Assembly (NCBI RefSeq): GCF_964355755.1
Contig: NC_092670.1
Span: 21,624,795-21,688,794, forward strand
Source of the DNA: Antedon mediterranea
Lineage: Eukaryota > Animalia > Echinodermata
DNA length: 64,000 bases
Reading direction: 5' to 3'
The notes under the pieces are model-generated. The model did not search any database. It saw only the letters and a program-made list of their open reading frames with translations, and was not told the DNA's origin. A program made the translations under genes and the position numbers. Positions 27,074 to 38,906 of the stretch are shown one piece after another. Positions within the stretch are counted from its first letter, which is position 1; each line of letters starts with the position of its first letter.

Positions 27074-29049
27074 AAAGCCTTTGCTGATAATACAGTATTA
27101 TTGAGATGTAGACGGAAATCTGTAAAATCTTGATCAATAAATAATAACTTCGTTTTTGCTGTCAACCAGGCCGGTATTATAATAAGTCACTGTCAAATAA
27201 TCATTCGATAATGGTCAAAACTTTATTTTGGCTCTGTCAACATAAAGGGAGGTATTTACAATGACTTTCTTTGACTGTCAATCTAGGCCAATGTTATAAT
27301 AATACGCCGTCAGATATTAAATCATTTGAAACAGTCCTCGTAAATTTTTTGTTGGTTATCAGGTGCCGTGGGGGGTCCAATCAATTATCGTCAGAAGGTG
27401 AACAATCAGTCTAGGTAGCAGCAGCAGATTATTAGGAACGCCTGCTCCATTAATTAATCCAGAAAAAGGTTTGTACATTATCTATTTGTTTATTAGCCTT
27501 CTTCTAACACAATTATATTTTATTTTAAAAAAAGGTTTTATAAGTGGTTTCAACATTTATGATAGTAATGTCACAGTTCTGTGTCTGGACGCAAGTTCAT
27601 AGACCTACTAGTTATATTATTCATATTAACTGATACTTACTCTTCATTTACCGTAAAGTTCAGTTTTAATGAAATATATAATATAAATTGGCTTCGTAAC
27701 AATTAATTAGTTTTGAAAAGGTTAGTTTTTTGGTGATAGGTCAAAATGACATGTAACTTCGTAATCAATTTATTTTTTTTGTATAAAGGCCCAATTACAC
27801 TATGACGATAACGACGGACGATAAATACATAGCATGCATTTTTTTTTACATAAACCAAAGATAAATTACTAATCATGACGTCATTTGATTGGACGTGTGA
27901 AAATATAATTTTCATCAAAGGAATTGTTTATATTTCTTTTGGTTTATGTATTAAAAATGCACATTTGTCTATTTATCGTCGATCGTTATCGTCCTAGTGT
28001 ATGGGCCTTATGCTGTAAATGTTCAATTAATTGATCATTCCGATTTTATTAGTTGGACTCTTGCACAGTTGCTGTCTAATCGTTGTTGTGTAATATCATT
28101 TCGAACCATATTAAAATCATAAAGAGATTCATATTCCTTAACATGTGGCTGTGCATGTAAGTCCGGTCTACAAAAACTCGGGCCCGGGATCATTGTTATT
28201 GGGCCGGAAAGTGTTGGTGAATTCATAATTATACTTAATATTATATTTATTATATATATAATCATATTATTATACAATTGAAAGCAAAACCCGTTGAATC
28301 TCAAATCATTAGGACTAGAAATTTGGCTTATCAATCAAATAAATACTTTCGTTCAAAATGAAACTCCAACCTCTCTAATCAAAAGATTGAACTCGAAAAC
28401 GGACCGTTTTTTTGAATTGGGTATGTTGAAACATTTCAATATTCATTTAAAAAAGTACATTAATTATGGTATTGATCAGTGTCTATAGAGGCGTAAAAAC
28501 CCTCGGTCAATATCATGTAAAATGCACTGTGAAAAATTGGGCTTATCAACAACAAAATATTTTATTATTAAACGCGATAACATCAAGGATAATCAGTATA
28601 ATTATTAATATAGCCACTGTTACTAGTTTTATTCTACATGCTAAAGTAAATAAAAATCCACTAGTTACTGTAGGCCTATGATTGTTTGCAATGTCCACAT
28701 ATTATTTCCGTGAGCATAGTGTATCACTCACAAAAAACACGTGTGAGGTTCTTTCTTTAGATTTTGAAGAATGATTTGTGTTACAGGTTGACACAAGAGT
28801 CAAATGCTCAAGATATCGGCTAACGCCATGGGACCCTTGGCTTATCAATGAATAATAAATACAGTACTACTTTCGTTCAATTGAAATCGAAATCTGACCG
28901 TTTCATTAAATTGGGTGTGATTAGGCCTAAACATATAATAATTTATTAAAAAGGTACAATAAAAACAAATGCATCAGAGGCGTAAAGAACCCACGGTCAA
29001 TATCATGTAAAATGTATATGGTATAAGCACTGTGGAAGGGGTCATTATT

Positions 29050-29335
29050 ATTAAACTGGAAAATTCGGCTTATCAACAAATAAATAAATTCGTTTAAAAT
29101 GTAAAATAAGACTGCAAAATTGGGCTTATCAACAAATAAATACTTTTGTTCAAAATGTAAAATAAGACTGCACAATTGGGCTTATCAACAAATAAAATAC
29201 TTTTTTTTCAAAATGTAAAATTAAGACTGGAAAATTGTGCTTATAAACAAATAAATACTTTTTTTCAAAATGTAAAATTAAGACTGGAAAATTGGGCTTA
29301 TAAACAAATAAATACTTCCGTTCAAAATGTAAGAA
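29050..29335. repeat. ~54-bp tandem repeat, ~5 copies, with dispersed copies at ~28320, 28535 and 28838
   Basis: Unit TTGGGCTTATCAACAAATAAATACTTTTGTTCAAAATGTAAAATAAGACTGCAAAA. Confidence 0.8.
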
Positions 29336-30058
29336 AACATTTTTTAAATATAATCCTTAAGCTCTGTCTATGCTATCAAACTAAATATGATGTGCCCATA
29401 TTATATAGACATGACGATGTCATATCACTACGATAATCGGGCATATCACTACCATATTTGGGCACATCACACTTTTTTTGTTAAACTAGTTGGGACAGTG
29501 TAGACACAGAACTATGTGATCGAAACATAAGTCGGAATTGCACTGACGCGATTGATTTGATTGGGTATTTTTATTAATGTAATGATTCATTAAAAACTAT
29601 AATACCGATACGCGTTTGGTATTGGTCAATGGTACAAAAAACCCTGAGAAATAATGTTATAACGCGATTTGGTGATAGCTTAGCAATAATACAACCCATA
29701 TACTATTATTATAAATACCTATTACAAATCCATTCATATAATTTTTCATCGCGAACCGAAAATGTATAAATGTTATTCTACAGACAGTAATTATATATTC
29801 AAAAGCCATATTATTATTATTATCAATACCTAAATGCGATAGTAATAACCACATACATTATTCCCAATACAAGTTTGTGCGTTTAATTCTAGAAAGAAAC
29901 GACTGTGCTGACAGGCCAATGACATAAATCACAAGTAAAGTCCCAATTGTTCACTTGCGTTTTGATTGGCCGACCTATTATATTAGATTAATGAAGACTG
30001 TTCTTACAACTGTCCAGGCAAAAAGTTACGCGGCGTTTTTGTAAGAAATATTTCTTGT

Positions 30059-33000
30059 TTATTTATTCTTTCCTTAGCACTATTTTGTCCGTGCATTATC
30101 TTGGCATCAGTTTAATCTAGCTAAGTCAAGTTTTCAGAGTATATTCCTTATGGCCAGGAATCGATGTGGTTATATTTTCACGATGCGTAATCAAAAATTA
30201 CGCGGTCTACGCGCGATTTTACGAAATCACGTTTGTAATCATATCTTCACAAGCATGAATCACAATTAAACAAAATTTGGTACTCATAAATTTCAGGTCA
30301 TATTTCATCATATGGCAATACAATTACGTGCGTAGCGCATATAACGCTTGCGTACGCGCGCTTAAAATGTTCAAAATTGTCAAAATTTATTTTCGATGAA
30401 ATTAGAGTACGTTTCAGGCAATTTTAAGCGTTTAAAAAATTGCCATGAGTGCGCAAATTTTTGCACGCGCACTGCGCGTTAAACGTTAATGCGCACTCTT
30501 TTTGCCCGATTTCTGTTTTACAATCTTTCTTTAATAATATCATCATATTTGATTCAGGTTTCAACTCGGAATTGCGTTATACGAGCACGTCAAAAGTGAT
30601 TGGCTACGCACGTATAAGTTAACAAAATGGTGAAAATATGCTAAATTTTTAAATTAATATATATCGTCAGAATGCAGGGGAACACCTATTTTTTATTTCA
30701 TTTTCTTGAAGTGTATGTATCATATGTATGATTTATTATCAAATTAAGAGAACCAAAGTTGATTAAGTCATCATTAATTGCATATTAAATTTAAAAAAAA
30801 TAATTTCGACAATCAAACAAATTATGACATTTTCTTAGGCCAAAATAACAAACTTAACATTAACTTTCTTCCTTCAAAAGTTCATATATTAAAGTTAAAA
30901 GTATGTAGTTTGACAGTGCATCATTTGTTTACATTTTAAAGATGTCATCATAGTAAAAAATTATAATTCATTTCGGTATGTAATAATCTATTTGCATCAA
31001 AGTGGTTACTGCATAGTAAATACACGGAGGAATCTTTCTACAAATTTTAGTCAGTTGTGTATGGCTCGGTGGTCTGTGCTCGTGTCTATGGCATTCAAGG
31101 TACCGAGATCGAGTCTCACCTTGGGAAACGAAATAAGATTTTTTTTTTATTATCCGTATTGTTTGTTCAAATTTATTTCTTAGTGTATAGATTATACACA
31201 TGATTTATAATGAAATCTAGATAAAAATTAACTTATGTCTTTATTATTATGTAACAACAAATGTGGTTTATGACATTATACGCATATGGATCTTTGATCG
31301 GATTGTGATACCGGCTATGGTGTTCGCGTTAGCAAGGTACTAGGTCCTATCATATATTATAAATAATTAAAGATTCTGAGAAAATCAATCAATCAATATA
31401 TCTTTAAAAAATCAATTATCTTTATTTAAATCAATGCATATAACCTATAATTCGTCATAGTGACGAATTAAATCTAGTTTATTTATTCTTTCCTTAGCAC
31501 TATTTTGTCCGTGAATTATCTTGATATCAGTTTCATCTATCTAAGTCAATTTTTCAGAGTATATTCCTCATGGCCAGGAATCGATGTGGTTATATTTTCA
31601 CAATGCGTAATAAAAAATTACGCGGTCTACGCGCGATTTTACGAAATCACGTTTGTAATCATATCTTCACAAGCATGAATCACAATTAAACAAAATTTGG
31701 TACTCATAAATTTCAGGTCATACTTCATCATATGGCAATAAAATTACGTGCGTAGCGCATATAACGCTTGCGTACGCGCGCTTAAAATGTTCAAAATTGT
31801 CAAAATTTATTTTCGATGAAATTAGAGTACGTTTCAGGCAATTTTAAGCGTTTAAAAAATTGCCATGAGTGCGCAGATTTTTGCACGCGCACTGCGCGTT
31901 AAACGTTAATGCGCACTCTTTTTGCCCAATTTCTGTTTTACAATCTTTCTTTAATAATATCATCATATTTGATTCAGGTTTCAACTCGAAATTGCGTTAT
32001 ACGAGCACGTCAAAAGTGACTGGCTACGCACGTATAAGTTAACAAAATGGTGAAAATATGCTAAATTTTAAAATTAATATATATCGTCAGAATGCAGGGG
32101 AACACCTATTTTTTATTTCATTTTCTTGAAGTGTATGTATCATATGTATGATTTATTATCAAATAAAGAGAACAAAAGTTGATTAAGTCATCATTAATTG
32201 CATATTAAATTTAAAAAAAATTATTTCGACAATCAAACAAATTATGTCATTTTCTTAGGCCAAAATAACAAACTTAACATTAACTTTCTTCCTTCAAAAA
32301 TTCATATATTAAAGTTAAAAGTAAGTAGTTTGACAGTGCATCATTTGTATACATTTTAAAGATGTCATCATAGTAAAAAATTATAATTCATTTCGGTATG
32401 TAATAATCTATTTGCATCAAAGTGGTTACTGCATAGTAAATACACGGAGGAATTTTTCTACAACTTTTAGTCAGTTGTGTACGGCTCGGTGGTCTGTGCT
32501 CGTGTCTATGGCTTTCAAGGTACCGAGATCGAGTCTCACCTTGGGAAACGAAATAAGATTTTTTTTTTATTGTCCGTATTGTTTGTTCAAATTTATTTCT
32601 TAGTGTATAGATTATACACAAGATTTATAATGAAATGTAGATAAAAATTAACTTATGTCTTTATTATTACGTAACAACAAATGTGGTTTATGACATTATA
32701 CGCATATGGATCTTTGATCGGATTGTGATACCGGCTACGGTGTTCGCGTTAGCAAGGTCCTATCATATATTATAAATAATTAAAGATTTTGAGAAAATCA
32801 ATCAATCAATATATCTTTTAAAAATCAATTATCTTTATTTAAATCAATGCATATAACCTATAATTCGTCATAGTGACGAATTAAATCTAGTTTATTTATT
32901 TATTAGGTTATATGCATTATCATGCATATAACCTCTTGATTCTGTCAAAATCTTTATTTATTAGGTTATATGCATGATATGCATATAACCTCTTGATTCT

Positions 33001-36000
33001 GTCAAAATCTTTATTTATTTATTTATTTATTTATTTATTCTTTCCTTAGCACTATTTTGTCCATGCATTATCTTGGCATCAGTTTTATCTAGCTAAGTCA
33101 AGTTTTCAGAGTATATTCCTTATGGCCAGGAATCGATGTGGTTATATTTTCACGATGCGTAATCAAAAATTACGCGGTCTACGCGCGATTTTACGAAATC
33201 ACGTTTGTAATCATATCTTCACAAGCATGAATCACAATTAAACAAAATTTGGTACTCATAAATTTCAGGTCATATTTCATAATATGGCAATACAATTACG
33301 TGCGTAGCGCATATAACGCATGCGTACGCGCGCTTAAAATGTTGAAAATTGTCAGAATTTATTTTCGATGAAATTAGAGTACGTTTCAGGCAATTTTAGG
33401 CGTTTAAAAAATTGCCATGAGTGCGCAGATTTTTGCACGCGCACTGCGCATCAAACGTTAATGCACACTGTTTGTGTCCGATTACTGTTGTATAACCTTT
33501 CTTTAATAATATCATCATATTTGATTCAGGTTTCAACTCGAAATTGCGTTATACGAGCACGTCAAAAGTGACGGGCTACGCACGTATAAGTTAACAAAAT
33601 GGTGAAAATATGCTAAATTTTAAAATTAATATATATCGTCAGAATGCAGGGGAACACCTATTTTTTATTTCATTTTCTTGAAGTGTATGTATCATATGTA
33701 TGATTTATTATCAAATTAAGAGAACAAAAGTTGATTAAGTCATCATTAATTGCATATTAAATTAAAAAAACATAATTTCGACAATCAAACAAATTATGAC
33801 ATTTTCTTAGGCCAAAATAACAAACTTAACATTAACTTTCTTCCTTCAAAAATTCATATATTAAAGTTAAAAGTATGTAGTTTGACAGTGCATCATTTGT
33901 ATACATTTTAAAGATGTCATCATAGTAAAAAATTATAATTCATTTCGGTATGTAATAATCTATTTGCATCAAAGTGGTTACTGCATAGTAAATACACGGA
34001 GGAATTTTTCTACAACTTTTAGTCAGTTGTGTACGGCTCGGTGGTCTGTGCTCGTGTCTATGGCATTCAAGGTACCGAGATCGAGTCTCACCTTGGGAAA
34101 CGAAATAAGATTTTTTTTTTTATTATCCGTATTGTTTGTTCAAATTTATTTCTTAGTGTATAGATTATACACATGATTTATAATGAAATCTAGATAAAAA
34201 TTAACTTATGTCTTTATTATTATGTAACAACAAATGTGGTTTATGACATTATACGCATATGGATCTTTGATCGGATTGTGATACCGGCTATGGTGTTCGC
34301 GTTAGCAAGGTCCTATCATATATTATAAATAATTAAAGATTCTGAGAAAATCAATCAATCAATATATCTTTTAAAAATCAATTATCTTTATTTAAATCAA
34401 TGCATATAACCTATAATTCGTCATAGTGACGAATTAAATCTAGTTTATTTATTTATTCTTTCCTTAGCACTATTTTGTCCGTGAATTATCTTGATATCAG
34501 TTTCATCTATTTAAGTCAATTTTTCAGAGTATATTCCTTATGGCCAGGAATCGATGTGGTTATATTTTCACGATGCGTAATCAAAAATTACGCGGTCTAC
34601 GCGCGATTTTACGAAATCACGTTTGTAATCATATCTTCACAAGCATGAATCACAATTAAACAAAATTTGGTACTCATAAATTTCAGGTCATATTTCATCA
34701 TATGGCAATACAATTACGTGCGTAGCGCATATAACGCTTGCGTACGCGCGCTTAAAATGTTCAAAATTGTCAAAATTTATTTTCGATGAAATTAGAGTAC
34801 GTTTCAGGCAATTTTAAGCGTTTAAAAAATTGCCATGAGTGCGCAGATTTTTGCACGCGCACTGCGCGTTATACGTTAATGCGCACTCTTTTTGTCCGAT
34901 TTCGGTTGTACAACCTTTCTTTAATAATATCATCATATTTTATTCACTTTTCAACGCGTAATTGCCTTATACGAGCACGTCAAAAGTGACAGGCTACGCA
35001 CGTGTAAGTTAACAAAATGGTGAAAATATGCTAAATTTTAAAATTAATATAGATCGTCAGAATGCTCGGGAACACATATTTTTTATTTCATTTTCTTGAA
35101 GTGTATGTATCTTATGTATGATTTATTATTAAACTAAGGGAACAAAAGTTGATTAAGCCATAATTAATTGCATATTAAATTAAAAAAAATTCATTTCGAC
35201 AATCAAACAAATTATGACATTTTCTTAGGCCAAAATAACAAACTTAACATTAACTTTCTTCCTCCAAAAGTTCATATATTAAAGTTAAAAGTATATAGTT
35301 TGACAGTGCATCATTTTTGTACATTTTTAGAGATGTCATCATAGTAAAAAATTATAATTCATTGCGGTATGTAATAATCTATCTGCACCAAAGTGGTTAC
35401 TGCATAGTAAATACACGGAGGAATTTTTCTACAATTTTTAGACAGTTGTGTATGGCTCGGTGGTGTGTGCTCGTGTCTATGGCACTCAAGGTACCGAGAT
35501 CGAGTCTCACCTTGGGAAACGAAATAAGATTTTTTTTTTATTATCCGTATTGTTTGTTCAAATTTATTTCTTAGTGTATATATTATACACATGATTTATA
35601 ATGAAATCTAGATAAAAAATAACTTATGTCTTTATTATTATGTAACAGCAAATGTGGTTTATGACATTATACGCAGAGGGATCTTTGATCGGATTGTGAT
35701 ACCGGCTATTGTATTCGCGTTAGCAAGGTCCTATCATATATTATAAATAATTAAAGAATCTGAGAAAATCAATGAATCAAAATATCTTTTAAAAATCAAT
35801 TATCTTTATTAAAATCAATGCATATAACCTATAATTCGTCATAGTGACGAATTAAATCTAGTTTATTTATTTATTCTTTCCTTAGCACTATTTGTCCGTG
35901 AATTATCTTGGCATCAGTTTCATCTATCTAAGTCAATTTTTCAGAGTATATTCCTTATGGCCAGGAATCGATGTGGTTATGTTTTCACGATGCGCAATCA

Positions 36001-37280
36001 AAAATTACGCGGTCTACGCGCAATTTAACGAAATCACGTTTGTAATCATATCTTCACAAACATGAATCACTTTTAAACAAAATTTGGTACTCATAAATTT
36101 CAGGTCATATTTCATCATATGGCAATACAATTACGTGCGTAGCGCATATAACGCATGCGTACGCGCGCTTAAAATGTTCAAAATTGTCAGAATTTATTTT
36201 CGATGAAATTAGAGTACGTTTCAGGCAATTTTAAGCGTTTAAAAAATTGCCATGAGTGCGCAGATTTTTGCACGCGCACTGCGCGTCAAACGTTAATGCG
36301 CACTGTTTGTGTCCGATTACTGTTGTATAACCTTTCTTTAATAATATCATCATATTTTATTCACTTTTCAACGCGAAACAGCGTTATACGAGCACGTCAA
36401 AAGTGACGGGCTACGCACGTGTAAGTTAACAAAATGGTGAAAATATGCTAAATTTTAAAATTAATATATATCGTTAGAATGCTCGGGAACACCTATTTTT
36501 TATTTAATTTTCTTGAAGTGTATGTATCATATGTATGATTTATTATGAAATTTGAAGAACAAAAGTTGATTAAGTCATCATTAATGGCATATTAAATTTA
36601 ACAAAATTAATTTCGACAATCAAACAAATTATAACATTTTCTTTGGCCAAAATAACAAACTTAACGTTAACTTTCTTCCTTAAGAAGTTTATATATTAAA
36701 GTTAAAAGTATATAGTTTGACAGTGCATCATTTTTTTTAATTTTTAAAGATGTCATCATAGTAAAACATTATAATTCATTGCGGTATGTAATAATCTATC
36801 TGCACCAAAGTGGTTACTGCATAGTAAATACACGGAGGAATCTTTCCATAACTTTTAGTCAGTTGTGTATGGCTCGGTGGTCTTTGCTCGTGTCTATAGC
36901 ATTCAAGTACCGAGATCGAGTCTCACCTTGGGAAACGAAACAAAATAAGTTTTTTTTTATTATCCGTATTGTTTGTTCAAATTTATTTCTTAGTGTATAG
37001 ATTATACACATGATTTATAATGAAATCTAGATAAAAATTAACTTATGTCTTTATTATTATGTAACAACAAATGTGGTTTATGACATTATACGCATATGGA
37101 TCTTTGATCGGATTGTGATACCGGCTATGGTGTTCGCGTTAGCAAGGTCCTATCATATATTATAAATAATTAAAGATTCTGAGAAAATCAATCAATCAAT
37201 ATATATTTTAAAAATCAATTATCTTTATTTAAATCAATGCATATAACCTATAATTCGTCATAGTGACGAATTAAATCTAG
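30059..37280 (+). mobile_element. Five ~1.42-kb bodies (B1 30059-31477, B2 31478-32890, B3 33011-34443, B4 34444-35861, B5 35862-37280) plus two heads (H4, H5 at 32903-33010) of a non-autonomous Helentron-like element
   Basis: Each body starts (TTTA)nTTCTTTCCTTAGCAC and ends ATGCATATAACC-TATAA-TTCGTCA-TAG-TGACGAA-TTAAATCTAG. High mutual identity; homologous to the intact element at 3860-5064. Confidence 0.85.
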
Positions 37281-38869
37281 TTTTACATTGGTACCGTATT
37301 GCACGAATTGCATAAGAAATAGACGGACATGAGAAATGAATATAATATATTATTATGTTGATGTTGAACAATCTCGTTAGTTTAGTGCATCATCGGGAAT
37401 TAACATTGATAACATCAATATTATTTTTACAATCATGCTAGCCACACATATCATTTTATCGTTTGTAGTTTCAAAGATACGAGTCGAGACATTGATGACA
37501 ACAACGATACATCAACACCTTCTGGTAGGCCTACCATCAAGTGGCATTTAAAGACAGCATAAAATACATATACATCTATATATAAATTATGGTTAATTCT
37601 GACATAGGCGAGCACAATGCAAAAACTTCGGTACAAATCTCCGCCTTGGATACCTACCTTATCTATCCGAGATGTACCGCAAAACGTAGATTTGATAACA
37701 TTAGTGTGCACGCCGACGCTATTGTTCCATATTTATATCTTAGGAAGATATTATAAAGAGTTTTTTAACAACATTTATGATTTCAACATTAGATTTTCAT
37801 CTCAATTTCAATTCTTCCCGGTCAAAGTAATTTCCGGGTTTAAGATAAGTTCACCTTGCAACGACCTGGTTTCAAATATTTTCTCTCTTTTAAACACAAG
37901 GGAGCAGTTAAAATAATAGATTTTACCCTAAAGGTGACTGGAAACAGGCACTTTCCATCAATCAATACAGTGTCCCTTTGGAAGACGAAAAAAAAATCAG
38001 ATAGTAGGAGTCATAGCCATTTCAGTTTTTTGTTTATTTTAAAACATACCACGCGTGTGTGAAGGTACAGTAGTTAAATTATACTGCAAATTAATAAAGA
38101 TCAAATTAAATATACGTCATAAAGAATCAGAATATATTGTGGGGAATAGTATTATAAAATTACATAGGGAGATTTGATGATAAGACATTTTTCGAGTGAA
38201 ATCCCGATAGCTGAGTTTTATTGAGTAAGCTTGCAGGAATAACTGTAGGCTATCTTCCTGTGTCCCGTTAGGACCGAGATGTCTGCCCATGTTGCAAGCC
38301 GTAATGTCTTCTTTCTTGGGCCCACTCTGTTACGGCAGTTTCAAAAGATGATTAAATTAAATAATGTATTAATAATTATTAGGATGGTATTCATTTGAAT
38401 AAACGCCTCTCCAATAAAACATCACTTTGAATAATAACCCCCCCCCCCCCCCAACCCAACTATCCAATAAACGTCCATCCACATATTTATAATAACACAA
38501 TTATACTATTTGTAGTAGAATTCACCGCACTGTTATCTACAAAATTTACCAAGCATTTGTTATTCTTTTTTACCACTTTTCATATCTACTGTATTAGAGG
38601 ATTTCATTTGATTATAAATGTTACCATATTATTAAAACTAAAAAATTTAACATATATCCCTCGAATAAGCACCTCCCTCAAATGACCTCCGCCTCCCCAA
38701 AGGGCCCTACCAAACAATAAAAACTATACTTTAAAATGTTATTAATCATCTAAAACACTGTGAAACAAAGTAGTTTAGTTTTACGAATGTCAAGCATTTT
38801 CAATAATGGTAACCGACAGAAAATGTATAAGGAGAACATTATCATTCCGAGAACCATCGTCTACACTTC

Positions 38870-38906
38870 CTAGAGGGGGAGCGAGCGAAGCGAGCTCACC
38901 CTCTAG
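38870..38906. repeat. Short hairpin with GCGAAGC core
   Basis: CTAGAGGGGGAGCGAGCGAAGCGAGCTCACCCTCTAG, with CTAG at both ends. Confidence 0.55.

Noticed and set aside
30968-37000. Recurrent short ORFs (MHQSGYC..., MKLEYVSG..., MCIIYTL...)
   Set aside because: They recur only because the non-coding element is repeated; frames break between copies and no domain is evident.
30059-37280. Simple rolling-circle head-to-tail tandem array or rDNA/histone-type repeat
   Set aside because: Heads are missing from most junctions and stacked elsewhere, and there is no rRNA or histone similarity.
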